The translations under genes were made by a program, and so were the position numbers. Below, piece by piece: positions 27,944 through 37,447 of a DNA stretch of 64,000 nucleotides. The stretch lies in the NCBI GenBank assembly GCA_035500495.1, contig DATJXC010000073.1:4841-68840 (forward strand), given 5' to 3'. A model generated the notes under the pieces. The model saw only the letters and a program-made list of their open reading frames with translations. It was not told the DNA's origin and ran no database searches. Each line of letters starts with the position of its first letter. Within the stretch, counting starts at the first letter, position 1. This DNA comes from Gemmatimonadales bacterium (lineage in GTDB: Bacteria; Gemmatimonadota; Gemmatimonadetes; Gemmatimonadales; GWC2-71-9).

Positions 27944-29435
27944 ACTTGTCATACGTGTCGATCTGCGCCCGCTGCAGCGTCCCCGAGAAGTCCACGTACA
28001 GCGTCTTGGTCTCGGAATAGAAGTGGTAGACCTCCCATCCACCTTCGCGGTGCCCGTTCCCGGTCTGCTTGACACCGCCGAAGGGCATGTGCGCTTCGGC
28101 GCCGATCGTGGGCGCGTTGATGTAGGTGATCCCGTTGTCGAGCTCGTTCATCGCCCGGAACGCCCCGTTCACGTCCCGGGTGTACAGCGATGACGACAAA
28201 CCGTATTGGACGTCGTTGTTGACCCGAATGGCCTCGTCCAGGGAGCCCACCTTGATCACCGACAGCACGGGCCCGAAGATCTCCTCCTGTTCCACCCGCA
28301 TCCCCGGACGCACCCCGGCGAGCACGGTGGGGCGATAAAACCAGCCTCGTTCGAGGCCCTTCCCTGTCGCCGCCTTGCCGCCGATCGCGACCGTCGCCCC
28401 TTCTTTGGCGCCGATCCCGACGTACTTCTCGACGTTCTGTCGCGAAGATTCGTGGATCAGCGGACCGACCTCGGTTTCGGGTTCGAGGCCTGGGCCGAGC
28501 CGCAGGGTGTCCGCCCGGTCGCAGAGCATCTTCAAGAACTTGTCGTGGATGCCGTCCTGGAGGATGAGGCGGCTCGTGGCGGTGCACCGCTGCCCGGTGG
28601 TCCCGAACGCGCCCCACAGGACGCCGTCCAAGGCCAGGTCGAGATCGGCGTCGTTCATCACGATCATGGCGTTCTTGCCGCCCATCTCGAGCGACAGGCG
28701 TTTATGCATCTTGCCGCAAGTGGCCCCGATGATGGAACCGACCTCGGTGGAGCCGGTGAACGAGATCACCGGCACATCGGGATCCTCGACGAGGGCCCGC
28801 CCCACCACCGAACCCTGGCCGTGCACCAGCTGCACCACCTCCGGTGGCAACCCCGCCTCGAGCAGCACCTCCACCAACCAGTGCCCGCTATGCGGGACGT
28901 CCTCGGCGGGCTTGAAGACCACCGAGTTCCCGCACAGGAGTGCGGGGAACATCTTCCAGGTGGGAATGGCGAGCGGGAAATTGAACGGGGTGATCAAGCC
29001 GCACACGCCGATCGGCCGCCGCATCGACATCGCCCACTTGTTGCGGAGCTCCGAGGGCGCCACATATCCGAACAGGCGACGGCCTTCGGTGGCCGCGTAG
29101 AAAGCCGTGTCGATGCCCTCCTGCACGTCGCCACGCGTTTCCGCCAGGACCTTGCCCATCTCGCGCGTCATCGCCCGGGCGATCGTTTCCTTTTTCTCGA
29201 GCAGCAGCTCGCCGACCCGGCGCAGCACGTCGCCCCGCAGGGGCGCGGGTGTGCGCGACCAGACCGTGAAGCCCCGTTTGGCGGACGCGATCGCCCACCG
29301 CACGTCGTCGGCGCCCGACCGGGGGAACCGACCGATGACGTCGTTGCAATCCGCCGGGTTGCGGTTCTCGAAGTACTCACCCGTTGCGGGAGCGACCCAC
29401 TCGCCCCCGATGAAGTTCTTGAACGTTTCAGTCAT
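27942..29435 (-). CDS. Aldehyde dehydrogenase family protein
   Basis: ITPFNFP, FTGSTEVG, LEMGGKNA, GQRCTA, EEIFGP. Confidence 0.95.
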   Translation of the reverse strand: MTETFKNFIGGEWVAPATGEYFENRNPADCNDVIGRFPRSGADDVRWAIASAKRGFTVWSRTPAPLRGDVLRRVGELLLEKKETIARAMTREMGKVLAETRGDVQEGIDTAFYAATEGRRLFGYVAPSELRNKWAMSMRRPIGVCGLITPFNFPLAIPTWKMFPALLCGNSVVFKPAEDVPHSGHWLVEVLLEAGLPPEVVQLVHGQGSVVGRALVEDPDVPVISFTGSTEVGSIIGATCGKMHKRLSLEMGGKNAMIVMNDADLDLALDGVLWGAFGTTGQRCTATSRLILQDGIHDKFLKMLCDRADTLRLGPGLEPETEVGPLIHESSRQNVEKYVGIGAKEGATVAIGGKAATGKGLERGWFYRPTVLAGVRPGMRVEQEEIFGPVLSVIKVGSLDEAIRVNNDVQYGLSSSLYTRDVNGAFRAMNELDNGITYINAPTIGAEAHMPFGGVKQTGNGHREGGWEVYHFYSETKTLYVDFSGTLQRAQIDTYDK

Positions 29436-29453
29436 GGAGCCTCTAGAGGAGGT

Positions 29454-29918
29454 TCAGGGGCAGAACCACGTCGCCGTTTCTCTAGCGTAGTGAACGCGTG
29501 GCAAGATCTCCCGGGCCGCGAGGACCAGTGCCCAGATGATAAGCCCTTGGGACAGGATATGGGCGAAGCTCAAGCGGCGTCGCCAGGAGGACACACTGCT
29601 CCACAACCCCGCCACGAGGACGACCGCGACGCCGCCCAGGTAGAAGTAGAGCTTCAAACCACAGCCGTGGGTGTACGGCCATTGCGTCATGCCGATCCCC
29701 ACGAGGAGGCCAAGCCCGACCCGCGCCCAAGTGCCGATCCATGCGCGCGTCGAGAGGCCCGGGTCGGCCGCCCCATGCGCGGCTGGGGGCACCGCCGCGC
29801 TCCGCGCTTGCGCCGCCTTGGTCGCGGCCTGCTCCTCGCGATAGGTCGGGAGCTGGTTCAGGAGCTTGTCGACCTCCTTCAGCTCCTTATCCCAATCCCG
29901 TTCCTTCTCTTTCGCCAC
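29454..29918 (-). CDS. Hypothetical membrane protein (3 TM)
   Basis: Charged N-terminus, then three hydrophobic helices; in operon context. Confidence 0.65.
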   Translation of the reverse strand: MAKEKERDWDKELKEVDKLLNQLPTYREEQAATKAAQARSAAVPPAAHGAADPGLSTRAWIGTWARVGLGLLVGIGMTQWPYTHGCGLKLYFYLGGVAVVLVAGLWSSVSSWRRRLSFAHILSQGLIIWALVLAAREILPRVHYARETATWFCP

Positions 29919-31322
29919 CTAGCTCTCCCGCGTCAGTCCGTAGCGCTCGATCTTCTTGTACAGGTTACTACGAGGCATGGCTAATGTGCGTGCCGTCTCC
30001 GAAACGTTCCAGTCGTGCTCCTTGAGCTTGGCCAGCAAGAACGCCCGCTCGGCCGCCTGTTTGAACTCTTCGAAGGTACCGGCGCGCAGAATCGACCCGA
30101 TCGCCGGGGCCGCGGATACGCCATCGGCGCCCGCGTAAGCCCGTCCTCCCACTCCCACCAGGCGTTCCACGTCCGCCTCGGTCACCTGATCGCCCGGTGC
30201 GAGAATCAGCAGCCGCTCGACCGCGTTGCGCAGCTCCCGGATGTTCCCGGGCCAATCGTAGGTCGCGAGGCGGGTGATCGCCCCCTGGCTCAGGGTCCGG
30301 GGCTTGAGCCCCCCGCCTCCGCGCTCCGTGGCCGTGAGGTGGCCCGCGAAATGCTGAACGAGCTGCGGGATGTCGCCGCGCCGGTCGCGCAAGGGCGGCA
30401 CCTCGATCGGGACGACGTTGAGGCGGTACAACAGGTCCTCCCGGAACCGGCCTGCGGCGATCTCGTGCGTCAGGTCTTTGTTGGTCGCCGCGAGCACGCG
30501 AACATCGACCGTGACGGTGCGCGCCGAACCGATGCGCGCGATGATGCCCTCCTGCAGGGCCCGCAGCACCTTGGCCTGAGCGGAGAGGCTCATGTCCCCG
30601 ACTTCGTCGAGAAACAGCGTTCCCCCTTCCGCCTGCTCGAACTTCCCGGCGCGGTCGGCGAACGCACCGGTGAAGCTCCCTTTCATATGACCGAACAGCT
30701 CGCTCTCGATCAGCTCCGCGGGGATGGCGGCGCAGTTCACGGCGATGAATGGCTCGCGCGCCCGGGGGGAGAGCGCATGGATCGCCCGCGCCACGAGCTC
30801 CTTGCCAGTCCCGTTTTCCCCGGTGATGAGCACCCGGGCCGGGGTCGGCGCGACCTTTTCGATCCGCTCGATGACCTGCTTGATGACCCGCGACGACCCG
30901 ACGATGGCATACTGCGCATCGACTTCGGCGCGCAATCGGACGTTTTCGACCGCCAGGTCCGACTGCTGGAGCGCGTTGCGGAGGACCAGCAGGATCCGAT
31001 CGGTGTCCAGGGGCTTCTGCAGAAAATCGTAGGCCCCGAGCTGGGTCGCCTCGACCGCGGTCTGAATCGTCCCGTGGCCAGAGATCATCACGATCTGCGC
31101 GTGGCCATCGAGCTCGCGCAGCCGCTTGAGCGTCTCGAGTCCGTCCATGCCCTGCATCTTCACGTCGAGGAACACGAGGTGGGGACGGAACTCGGGGTAG
31201 GTGCGCAGCGCGTCATGCCCGGATCCGCAGGTCTGCACCTCGAGATCCTCGAACTCGAGCACCTGCTTCAGCGCGTCGCGGATCCCTTTCTCGTCATCGA
31301 CCACCAGCACGCGGCGTTTCAT
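29919..31322 (-). CDS. Sigma-54-dependent response regulator (NtrC/NtrX family)
   Basis: REC (VVDDE, LDVKM), [24 protein letters not shown]; start ATG 31322. Confidence 0.93.
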   Translation of the reverse strand: MKRRVLVVDDEKGIRDALKQVLEFEDLEVQTCGSGHDALRTYPEFRPHLVFLDVKMQGMDGLETLKRLRELDGHAQIVMISGHGTIQTAVEATQLGAYDFLQKPLDTDRILLVLRNALQQSDLAVENVRLRAEVDAQYAIVGSSRVIKQVIERIEKVAPTPARVLITGENGTGKELVARAIHALSPRAREPFIAVNCAAIPAELIESELFGHMKGSFTGAFADRAGKFEQAEGGTLFLDEVGDMSLSAQAKVLRALQEGIIARIGSARTVTVDVRVLAATNKDLTHEIAAGRFREDLLYRLNVVPIEVPPLRDRRGDIPQLVQHFAGHLTATERGGGGLKPRTLSQGAITRLATYDWPGNIRELRNAVERLLILAPGDQVTEADVERLVGVGGRAYAGADGVSAAPAIGSILRAGTFEEFKQAAERAFLLAKLKEHDWNVSETARTLAMPRSNLYKKIERYGLTRES

Positions 31323-31978
31323 CGGCGTCGGTGGCGGTACAGCACCACGCCGGTGGGGTGCACCGCCACGGCGGCGATCGCCGGGTCGATCTTCAGCGGG
31401 ACGGCGCCGCTCGAGTCGGCGCCCGCCGCCTGGCGAGCCAACGAGCGCACCGCCGGCGGCGGGAACGGCACGCCGCGCAGCATGAACTCGCGCACGGCCC
31501 AACGCGCGAGACCCGGCCGGGCGACGGTGATCGGCCCTGCGATGCGGATCGGCTCCCAGGCGGCGAGCAGCCCCTTGAGCGGTCCCAGCGATTGCGTGGG
31601 AATCACCCTCGTGTCGAGCCGCGCGAACACCGCGATGTCGCCCTCGTGCAGCTCGACCTTCAATGAATCGAACGACTTGCGCACGTTCCAGTCGATGCTC
31701 GACCCCACCAGCGCCGCCATCTCGTTCGCCGTCAACGTCACGGAGTCGGGCCCGCCCCGCGCACCCAGGGCGCGCAGTTTCGTCTGCCCACTGGCGAGCG
31801 CCGACGGCGTGGGAGCGCCGACGCCCGGATCGACGACCGATGGAAGGGTCGCGCGCCTCCCGAGCCAGCGCCGTCCCGCGTCCAGCAGTGGCTGCCGGTA
31901 CCACCAGGCCGCGACCAGGACGAGGGCCAGGAGGACCAGCAGGAGCAGGCGAAAGATGCCCTTAAGACAACCGCTCAT
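31319..31978 (-). CDS. Hypothetical membrane-anchored protein (possibly DUF2993/LmeA-like)
   Basis: N-terminal TM, beta-rich soluble domain; family assignment weak. Confidence 0.55.
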   Translation of the reverse strand: MSGCLKGIFRLLLLVLLALVLVAAWWYRQPLLDAGRRWLGRRATLPSVVDPGVGAPTPSALASGQTKLRALGARGGPDSVTLTANEMAALVGSSIDWNVRKSFDSLKVELHEGDIAVFARLDTRVIPTQSLGPLKGLLAAWEPIRIAGPITVARPGLARWAVREFMLRGVPFPPPAVRSLARQAAGADSSGAVPLKIDPAIAAVAVHPTGVVLYRHRRR

Positions 31979-32525
31979 GATGTACCACTTGATACACCGC
32001 CCCCGACCGTTGGAGGGTGCTTTCCATCAGGTCCAACCGGTCTGCGACGACGCTGGCACTGAACGCCAGGCGCGAGAGCTCTGCCTCGAGCCCGCCAAAA
32101 TCCCCTGGAGCAGCATTCCGGGTCGCCCGCCCGAGGGTGATGTGAGGGCGGAAGGGACGTCCCTCCGGTGGAAATCCCAGAGGACCGAATTCCTGCTCCA
32201 CCCGGTGTTGCAGCAGCTCGAGCGCCGGCTCCGCCGTCACGGCCGCCCACACCACCCGGGGTCGATGCAAGTCGGGGAACGCCCCGAATCCCCCCTCCCC
32301 GACCGCCAAGGTCAGCGGTCGCGTCCCCTGAACCGCCCGTCCCGACGCGGTCTTCATCTCCGGCAGACGCTCCGCCTCTACGTCCCCCAGAAACTTGAGC
32401 GACAGGTGCAGCTGATCGACGCCCACCCATTTGATGGGGAAGTTCTTCCGGATCAAAGGCTCGATCGACTGCCATAGCGCGGTGCGGACATCGGCCGGGA
32501 AATTGATGGCGAGAAACAGCCTCAC
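31962..32525 (-). CDS. thpR: RNA 2',3'-cyclic phosphodiesterase (2H family)
   Basis: RLFLAI, HLSLKFLG and HITLGR (two HxT/S motifs); start GTG 32525. Confidence 0.9.
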   Translation of the reverse strand: MRLFLAINFPADVRTALWQSIEPLIRKNFPIKWVGVDQLHLSLKFLGDVEAERLPEMKTASGRAVQGTRPLTLAVGEGGFGAFPDLHRPRVVWAAVTAEPALELLQHRVEQEFGPLGFPPEGRPFRPHITLGRATRNAAPGDFGGLEAELSRLAFSASVVADRLDLMESTLQRSGAVYQVVHHERLS

Positions 32526-33340
32526 GGGGCAGCGGTCGCGCGGTCGGCCAGCAGACCCCCCCGACGGTAGCCGCGCGGATCCAGCTCCACCCCGGCGAAC
32601 CCCAGGGCGGCGAAGCGCCCACGAATCTCGAGTAGGCGCGGCTCGATGCGGGCCAGCCAGGCTGGCTCTACTTCGATCCAAGCCACCGCGCCCCGGTGCC
32701 GCACCCGAAGATCGCCGGTCACCCCGAGCTCCCGCAGGTAGGCTTCCGATGCCTCAACCTGTCGCAGGCGGTCGGGGGTGATCTGCAGACCGTACTGCAC
32801 CCGCGACGAGAGACACGGAGCCGCCGGCGCGTTCCAGTTGGGCAGGCCGAAGTCCAGGGCGCTGGCCCGAATCGCCGCCTTGTCGAGACCCGCCTCGGCC
32901 AGCGGCGAGCGCACGCCGGCGCGGACGCCCGCGGCAAACCCGGGACGATGCTCTCCGGGACTCAGGTCGTCGGCGTTGGTCCCGTCGCACACCACCGCCA
33001 TCCCTCGCTCGCGTGCGACCGCGCCGAGCCGGGCCCATAGCTCGGTCTTGCAGAAGAAGCAGCGGTTGGTCGGGTTCGCGAGGTAGCGCGGATCCTCGAG
33101 CTCGTGCGTCTCGATCTCAACGATCGGAATGTCGAACCGGGCCGTCACTTCGCGCGCAGCACGCCATTGGGCTTCGGGGTAGCTCGCGCTGCGGCCTACC
33201 CCCGCGAGCATGCGGTCGGGGCCCAGCTCCTGCCGCAACACGACGGCGAGCAGCGCCGAATCGACGCCGCCAGAATACCCGAGGAGTGCCGAGGGGAACG
33301 ACCGGACGATGGCGCGAAGAGTGTCGAGCGAGCCGGCCAT
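32522..33340 (-). CDS. larE: ATP-dependent sulfur transferase LarE (PP-loop)
   Basis: YSGGVDS PP-loop, NRCFFCK, DGTNADD, RPG, CLSSR; start ATG 33340. Confidence 0.9.
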   Translation of the reverse strand: MAGSLDTLRAIVRSFPSALLGYSGGVDSALLAVVLRQELGPDRMLAGVGRSASYPEAQWRAAREVTARFDIPIVEIETHELEDPRYLANPTNRCFFCKTELWARLGAVARERGMAVVCDGTNADDLSPGEHRPGFAAGVRAGVRSPLAEAGLDKAAIRASALDFGLPNWNAPAAPCLSSRVQYGLQITPDRLRQVEASEAYLRELGVTGDLRVRHRGAVAWIEVEPAWLARIEPRLLEIRGRFAALGFAGVELDPRGYRRGGLLADRATAAP

Positions 33341-33516
33341 GGGGCAAACGTAGCCGGGCGCAATGTCCTGTTTCAAGGACACTGCGATTCGACCAGGAGT
33401 TTGGCTGTCGCTCGCGGATAGCCCACCCGAGGGAAACCAATTACTCTGTGATTGCGTTAAACAAAGCACACCGATTACCGTCGTTTCGTCCGCTACAAGC
33501 CTAGGAGGCCGTCTAA

Positions 33517-33996
33517 ATGACTGCCAAACTAGAACTTGACGCAACCGATCGCCGCATCCTCCACATCCTCTCGCACGACGGACGCTCCAGTTACCAGTCG
33601 CTCGCGGACGCAGTCGAATTGTCCCGCCCGGCAGTCATGGAACGGGTCAAGCGGCTCGAGGAGCACGGTTACATCACCGGATACGGCGCGCATGTCGATC
33701 GCGCCAAACTCGGCTTTCCCGTGACGGCCTTCGTCGCCGTGCGGTACGGCAACACGAGCTATGTCGGCGACGAGCCCCGGATGCGGGAGATCGCGCAGCA
33801 CCCCGGCGTGCTCGAATGTCATCACGTCGCGGGTGACGATTGCTACATCCTCAAGGTGGTGGCGCCCGATCTGGAAGGAGTGCAGGACATTCTGCGCGCC
33901 ATGGCCGGCGGGCAACACACGTTTAACACTCGCACGACGATCGTTCTCTCCACGTTGTTCGAAAAGCCGGGGCTTGTCCCCGTGGCCTTGGACTGA
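33517..33996 (+). CDS. Lrp/AsnC family transcriptional regulator
   Basis: LD..D.RIL..L..DGR.SY..LA..V.LS, RVKRLEE.G.I.GY, ECHHVAG; AGGAGG RBS. Confidence 0.93.
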   Translation: MTAKLELDATDRRILHILSHDGRSSYQSLADAVELSRPAVMERVKRLEEHGYITGYGAHVDRAKLGFPVTAFVAVRYGNTSYVGDEPRMREIAQHPGVLECHHVAGDDCYILKVVAPDLEGVQDILRAMAGGQHTFNTRTTIVLSTLFEKPGLVPVALD

Positions 33997-33997
33997 C

Positions 33998-34951
33998 GTG
34001 GCCGGTCTGCGCGGGAAGGCGCTCGTCGCCTACCTCCTGGTGTGCCTCTTCTGGGGCTCGACCTACCTCGCGATCAAGGTGGGCGTCGCCGTGCTGCCGC
34101 CGCTGCTCTTCGCGGGGCTGCGCTTCTTGGTGGCCGGCGGGCTCCTGTTCGGCGGCGCGCTGGCCTTCGGGGACGCGCTCCCTCGCAACAGGGCCGAATG
34201 GCGCATCGCGGCGATCGCTGGACTGTTCCTGCTCGCCGGTGGCAACGCACTCGTGGTCTGGGCCGAGCAGTTTACGGCATCGGGTGTGACCAGCGTGTTC
34301 GTCGTCACCGTCGCCCTGTGGATGGCGTTCTTCGACGCGATCATTCCCGGCGGTGGCGGCAGCCTCACCTGGCGCGTCGTGATCGGCCTGGCGGCGGGAT
34401 TCCTCGGGACCGCGCTGCTGGTCGGCGCGTCCCCGCGGGAGATCTTCGCCGCGGATCTGCGCGGGCCGATCGCCCTCACCTGTGCTTCCGCCTCCTGGTC
34501 GATCGGGTCGATCTACTCGAAGCGGCATCGCACGACCTTGAGCCCCTACATGACCGCAGCGATCCAGATGCTCGCCGGCGGGGCGTTCGTGACCATGCTC
34601 GGCACCGCGGCGGGCGAGTGGCACGTCTGGCACCTTACCCCACGGGGCACGGCCGCGTTCGCCTACCTCGTCGTCTTCGGGTCGATCCTGGGATACAGCG
34701 CCTACGCGTACGCCCTGCACCACGCGTCGGCGACCATCGTCGGCACTTACGCCTACGTGAACCCCGTGATCGCCGTGCTGCTCGGGGCGCTGCTGCTGCA
34801 CGAGCCGGTGACTCCGCGCACGGTCCTGGCGATCGTCATTATTCTCGCGGCGGTTCTCTGGATTCAATTCTCCCATGCCCTGCCCGTCGTTGGCCGGAGG
34901 CCCACGGGCAAGAACCGACCGATCGGAACGGAGGCGGAGACCCTCGGATGA
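33998..34951 (+). CDS. EamA/DMT family transporter
   Basis: FWGSTY.AIK, ~10 TM, YAYVNPVIAVLLG; start GTG 33998. Confidence 0.9.
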   Translation: MAGLRGKALVAYLLVCLFWGSTYLAIKVGVAVLPPLLFAGLRFLVAGGLLFGGALAFGDALPRNRAEWRIAAIAGLFLLAGGNALVVWAEQFTASGVTSVFVVTVALWMAFFDAIIPGGGGSLTWRVVIGLAAGFLGTALLVGASPREIFAADLRGPIALTCASASWSIGSIYSKRHRTTLSPYMTAAIQMLAGGAFVTMLGTAAGEWHVWHLTPRGTAAFAYLVVFGSILGYSAYAYALHHASATIVGTYAYVNPVIAVLLGALLLHEPVTPRTVLAIVIILAAVLWIQFSHALPVVGRRPTGKNRPIGTEAETLG

Positions 34952-36411
34952 GTCGCAACCAGCCGGAGCTCACGCTCGACCCTGCGGACTGGAGCGACCT
35001 CCGGGCGCTCGGCCACCGCATGCTGGACGATATGTTCGACTACCTGGCGCAGGTGCGCGATCGCCCCGTCTGGCAGCCGATGCCAGACGACGCCAGAGCG
35101 CGACTGGCCGAGCCCGTGCCGCGCGCCCCCCAGGAGCCTGAGGCGGTCTACGATCAATTCGCGCGCGACGTGCTCCCCTACCCTCTGGGGAACATTCACC
35201 CGCGCTTCTGGGGGTGGGTTATCGGCACCGGGACCCCGCAGGGAATGCTGGCCGACATGCTCGCGTCAGGGATGAACACCCAGGCGGCCGGTGTCCGCGA
35301 AGCGGGCCGCTATGTCGAGGAGCAGACCCTGGCCTGGTTCGCGGAGCTGTTGGGATTCCCCCGGGGATCGAGCGGCCTGTTCGTCTCCGGCGGTTCGATG
35401 GCGAATCTGGTCGCGCTGGCCGTGGCGCGGCAGGCCAAGGCAGGGTTCGCGGTGCGGGAGCTTGGCTTACAGGGCAGCGCCGCGCCGCTCACGGTTTACG
35501 CCTCGACCGAGGTGCACAGCTCCGTTCGGAAGGCCATCGAGCTGATGGGCATCGGCAACGCGAATCTGAAACTCATCCCGGTCGACCAGGAGTACCGCAT
35601 CGTCGTTCCGGAGCTCCGGGCGGCGATAACCCGCGATCGTGCCGCCGGCGCGCGGCCTATCGCGGTGGTGGGGAACGCCGGGACCGTCAACACCGGCGCC
35701 ACCGACGATCTCCAGGCGCTGGCCCAGATCTGCCGGACCGAGGGGCTCTGGTACCACGTCGATGGGGCCTTCGGCGCCCTGGTCGCCCTTGCTCCGGAGC
35801 TCAAGCCGATCCTGGCTGGGCTGGAGCAGGCGGATTCAGTGGCCTTCGACCTCCACAAGTGGATGTACCTCCCGTTCGAAGTGGGCTGCACCCTGGTGCG
35901 CCATCCCGAGCTGCACCGCGACACCTTCGCCGTGGCGCCGAGCTACCTCGGTGCCACGGCACGCGGCCCCGCCGCGGGCGGGGTGCTGTTCGCGGACCTC
36001 GGGGTCCAGCTGTCGCGAGGGTTTCGCGCGCTCAAGGTATGGATGGCGCTGAAGACGCACGGTACCGAGCTGATCGGGCGTCTCATCGCTCAAAACGTCG
36101 CCCAGGCCCGTTACCTGGCCGAGCTCGTGGACCAGCACCCGCAGCTCGAGCGGCTCGCCCCAGCTCCGCTCAACATCGTGTGTTTCCGCTTCGACGCCCC
36201 CCTCCAGGACGAGGCCGCCTTGAATGCGCTCAATCAGGAGATCCTGTGGCGCATCCAGGAGACCGGGGTCGCCTTGCCGTCTCACACGATGCTCGGGGGC
36301 AAGTTCGCGATCAGGGTCGCGATCACGAACCATCGCAGCCGTCGCGAAGACTTCGAGGTACTGGTGCGCGCGGTCGCTGACACGGGAGCAGCTATTCTGG
36401 AAGGGCGGTGA
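34948..36411 (+). CDS. Group II PLP-dependent amino acid decarboxylase (aromatic-L-amino-acid decarboxylase-like)
   Basis: HPRFWG, SGGSMAN, WYHVDGAFG, FDLHKW (PLP Lys), LSRGFRALKVW; start ATG 34948. Confidence 0.88.
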   Translation: MSRNQPELTLDPADWSDLRALGHRMLDDMFDYLAQVRDRPVWQPMPDDARARLAEPVPRAPQEPEAVYDQFARDVLPYPLGNIHPRFWGWVIGTGTPQGMLADMLASGMNTQAAGVREAGRYVEEQTLAWFAELLGFPRGSSGLFVSGGSMANLVALAVARQAKAGFAVRELGLQGSAAPLTVYASTEVHSSVRKAIELMGIGNANLKLIPVDQEYRIVVPELRAAITRDRAAGARPIAVVGNAGTVNTGATDDLQALAQICRTEGLWYHVDGAFGALVALAPELKPILAGLEQADSVAFDLHKWMYLPFEVGCTLVRHPELHRDTFAVAPSYLGATARGPAAGGVLFADLGVQLSRGFRALKVWMALKTHGTELIGRLIAQNVAQARYLAELVDQHPQLERLAPAPLNIVCFRFDAPLQDEAALNALNQEILWRIQETGVALPSHTMLGGKFAIRVAITNHRSRREDFEVLVRAVADTGAAILEGR

Positions 36412-36423
36412 GCGAGCGACCAA

Positions 36424-36454
36424 CCCTCTCCCCTCTCCCTTCTCCCCTCTCTCT
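36424..36454. repeat. Tandem heptamer CCCTCTC x4 between convergent genes
   Basis: CCCTCTC CCCTCTC CCTTCTC CCCTCTC. Confidence 0.65.
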
Positions 36455-37362
36455 TACGCCGGTCGCGTCCCCGGCTTCCCCTCCTCCGGATTCCGGAATT
36501 GCCGGATCGTCTGGTATGCAAAATCGATGTCGGGACAGGCGGCGAACTCGTCCAACACATCCTGCCAGATCGCCTGTTCGCTGCCGCGTCGGTGGCGGGG
36601 TTGAATCAGATAGCGCATGGTCAGCCGCACCCCGATCTCCACGACGCTGGTGTATACGATCGGTGTAAGCCGCGTGTACGATATGAAGAACTGCCGTGAA
36701 GCCTCCAGCAGGTCCTTCTCCGCCTGCTCGGTGAGGTGCTCGGCGTGCTTCACGGCGATCCGCTCGAGGATCGCCTTGGCCAGCTTCCAGTTGCTTTCGA
36801 AGGTGACCACGACAGGGATCTCATTCCAGATGTAACGGAATCCCTTGTCGTAGTTGGCCACCGCCTCGGTGAACACCCTCCCATTGGGTATGTGGATGAT
36901 GCGTCCAGTGCTCTGGTCGGCATCCACCCAGTTGCCGATTTCGTTCAGCGTGAAGTTGAACACGTGCAGGTCGATCACGTCGCCGGCATTGGCGCCGATC
37001 TGGACGCGATCCCCCACCTCAAACGGCCGCCGCCAGACCAGGTAGATCCACCCCGCGAGGTTCACGATCGGATCGCGCAGCGCAATGGCCAGCCCGGCTG
37101 AGACGAGCCCCAGGAAGGTGGCCACGGCGGCCACGCTCTCCACCCAGATATGCCCGAGCAGCACCACGCCCAGGACGAACGCGAGGTAGGTGAGCGACTT
37201 GCGCCACCGGTATCGGGTCCAGGGGTCGCGGGAACGGCGATAGACCAGCGCCAGGACGAGCCGGTGCACCAACCACAGGCCCCCCACCGTGAGGAGGGTC
37301 TCCAACAACTTGCTCTGCACCCCCGGCGGGAGCGGGAGGTAGTCCTGGATCCAGTGGTCCAA
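36454..37362 (-). CDS. MscS small-conductance mechanosensitive channel
   Basis: GL.IALRD...N..GW.Y....RPF.VGDRVQIG...GDV, IIHIPN. Confidence 0.9.
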   Translation of the reverse strand: MDHWIQDYLPLPPGVQSKLLETLLTVGGLWLVHRLVLALVYRRSRDPWTRYRWRKSLTYLAFVLGVVLLGHIWVESVAAVATFLGLVSAGLAIALRDPIVNLAGWIYLVWRRPFEVGDRVQIGANAGDVIDLHVFNFTLNEIGNWVDADQSTGRIIHIPNGRVFTEAVANYDKGFRYIWNEIPVVVTFESNWKLAKAILERIAVKHAEHLTEQAEKDLLEASRQFFISYTRLTPIVYTSVVEIGVRLTMRYLIQPRHRRGSEQAIWQDVLDEFAACPDIDFAYQTIRQFRNPEEGKPGTRPA

Positions 37363-37447
37363 AATGTTGCCCTGCGTGAGGTTGGCCTAAGGTATGGAGT
37401 GGCGCGAATCACCGCCAGCGGCATATTTCTTGTTCCCGTTATCGGAT

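Noticed and set aside
28206-32477. Long plus-strand ORFs (592 and 820 aa) and many similar overlapping ORFs across the window
   Set aside because: They overlap motif-verified genes on the opposite strand; expected from low stop-codon frequency at ~69% GC
37398-37413. Possible CRP sites upstream of kinase 1 (AGTGG-N6-TCACC) and lrp (TGTGA-N6-TAAAC, ~33446)
   Set aside because: Only 7/10 matches with a broken half-site; likely by chance
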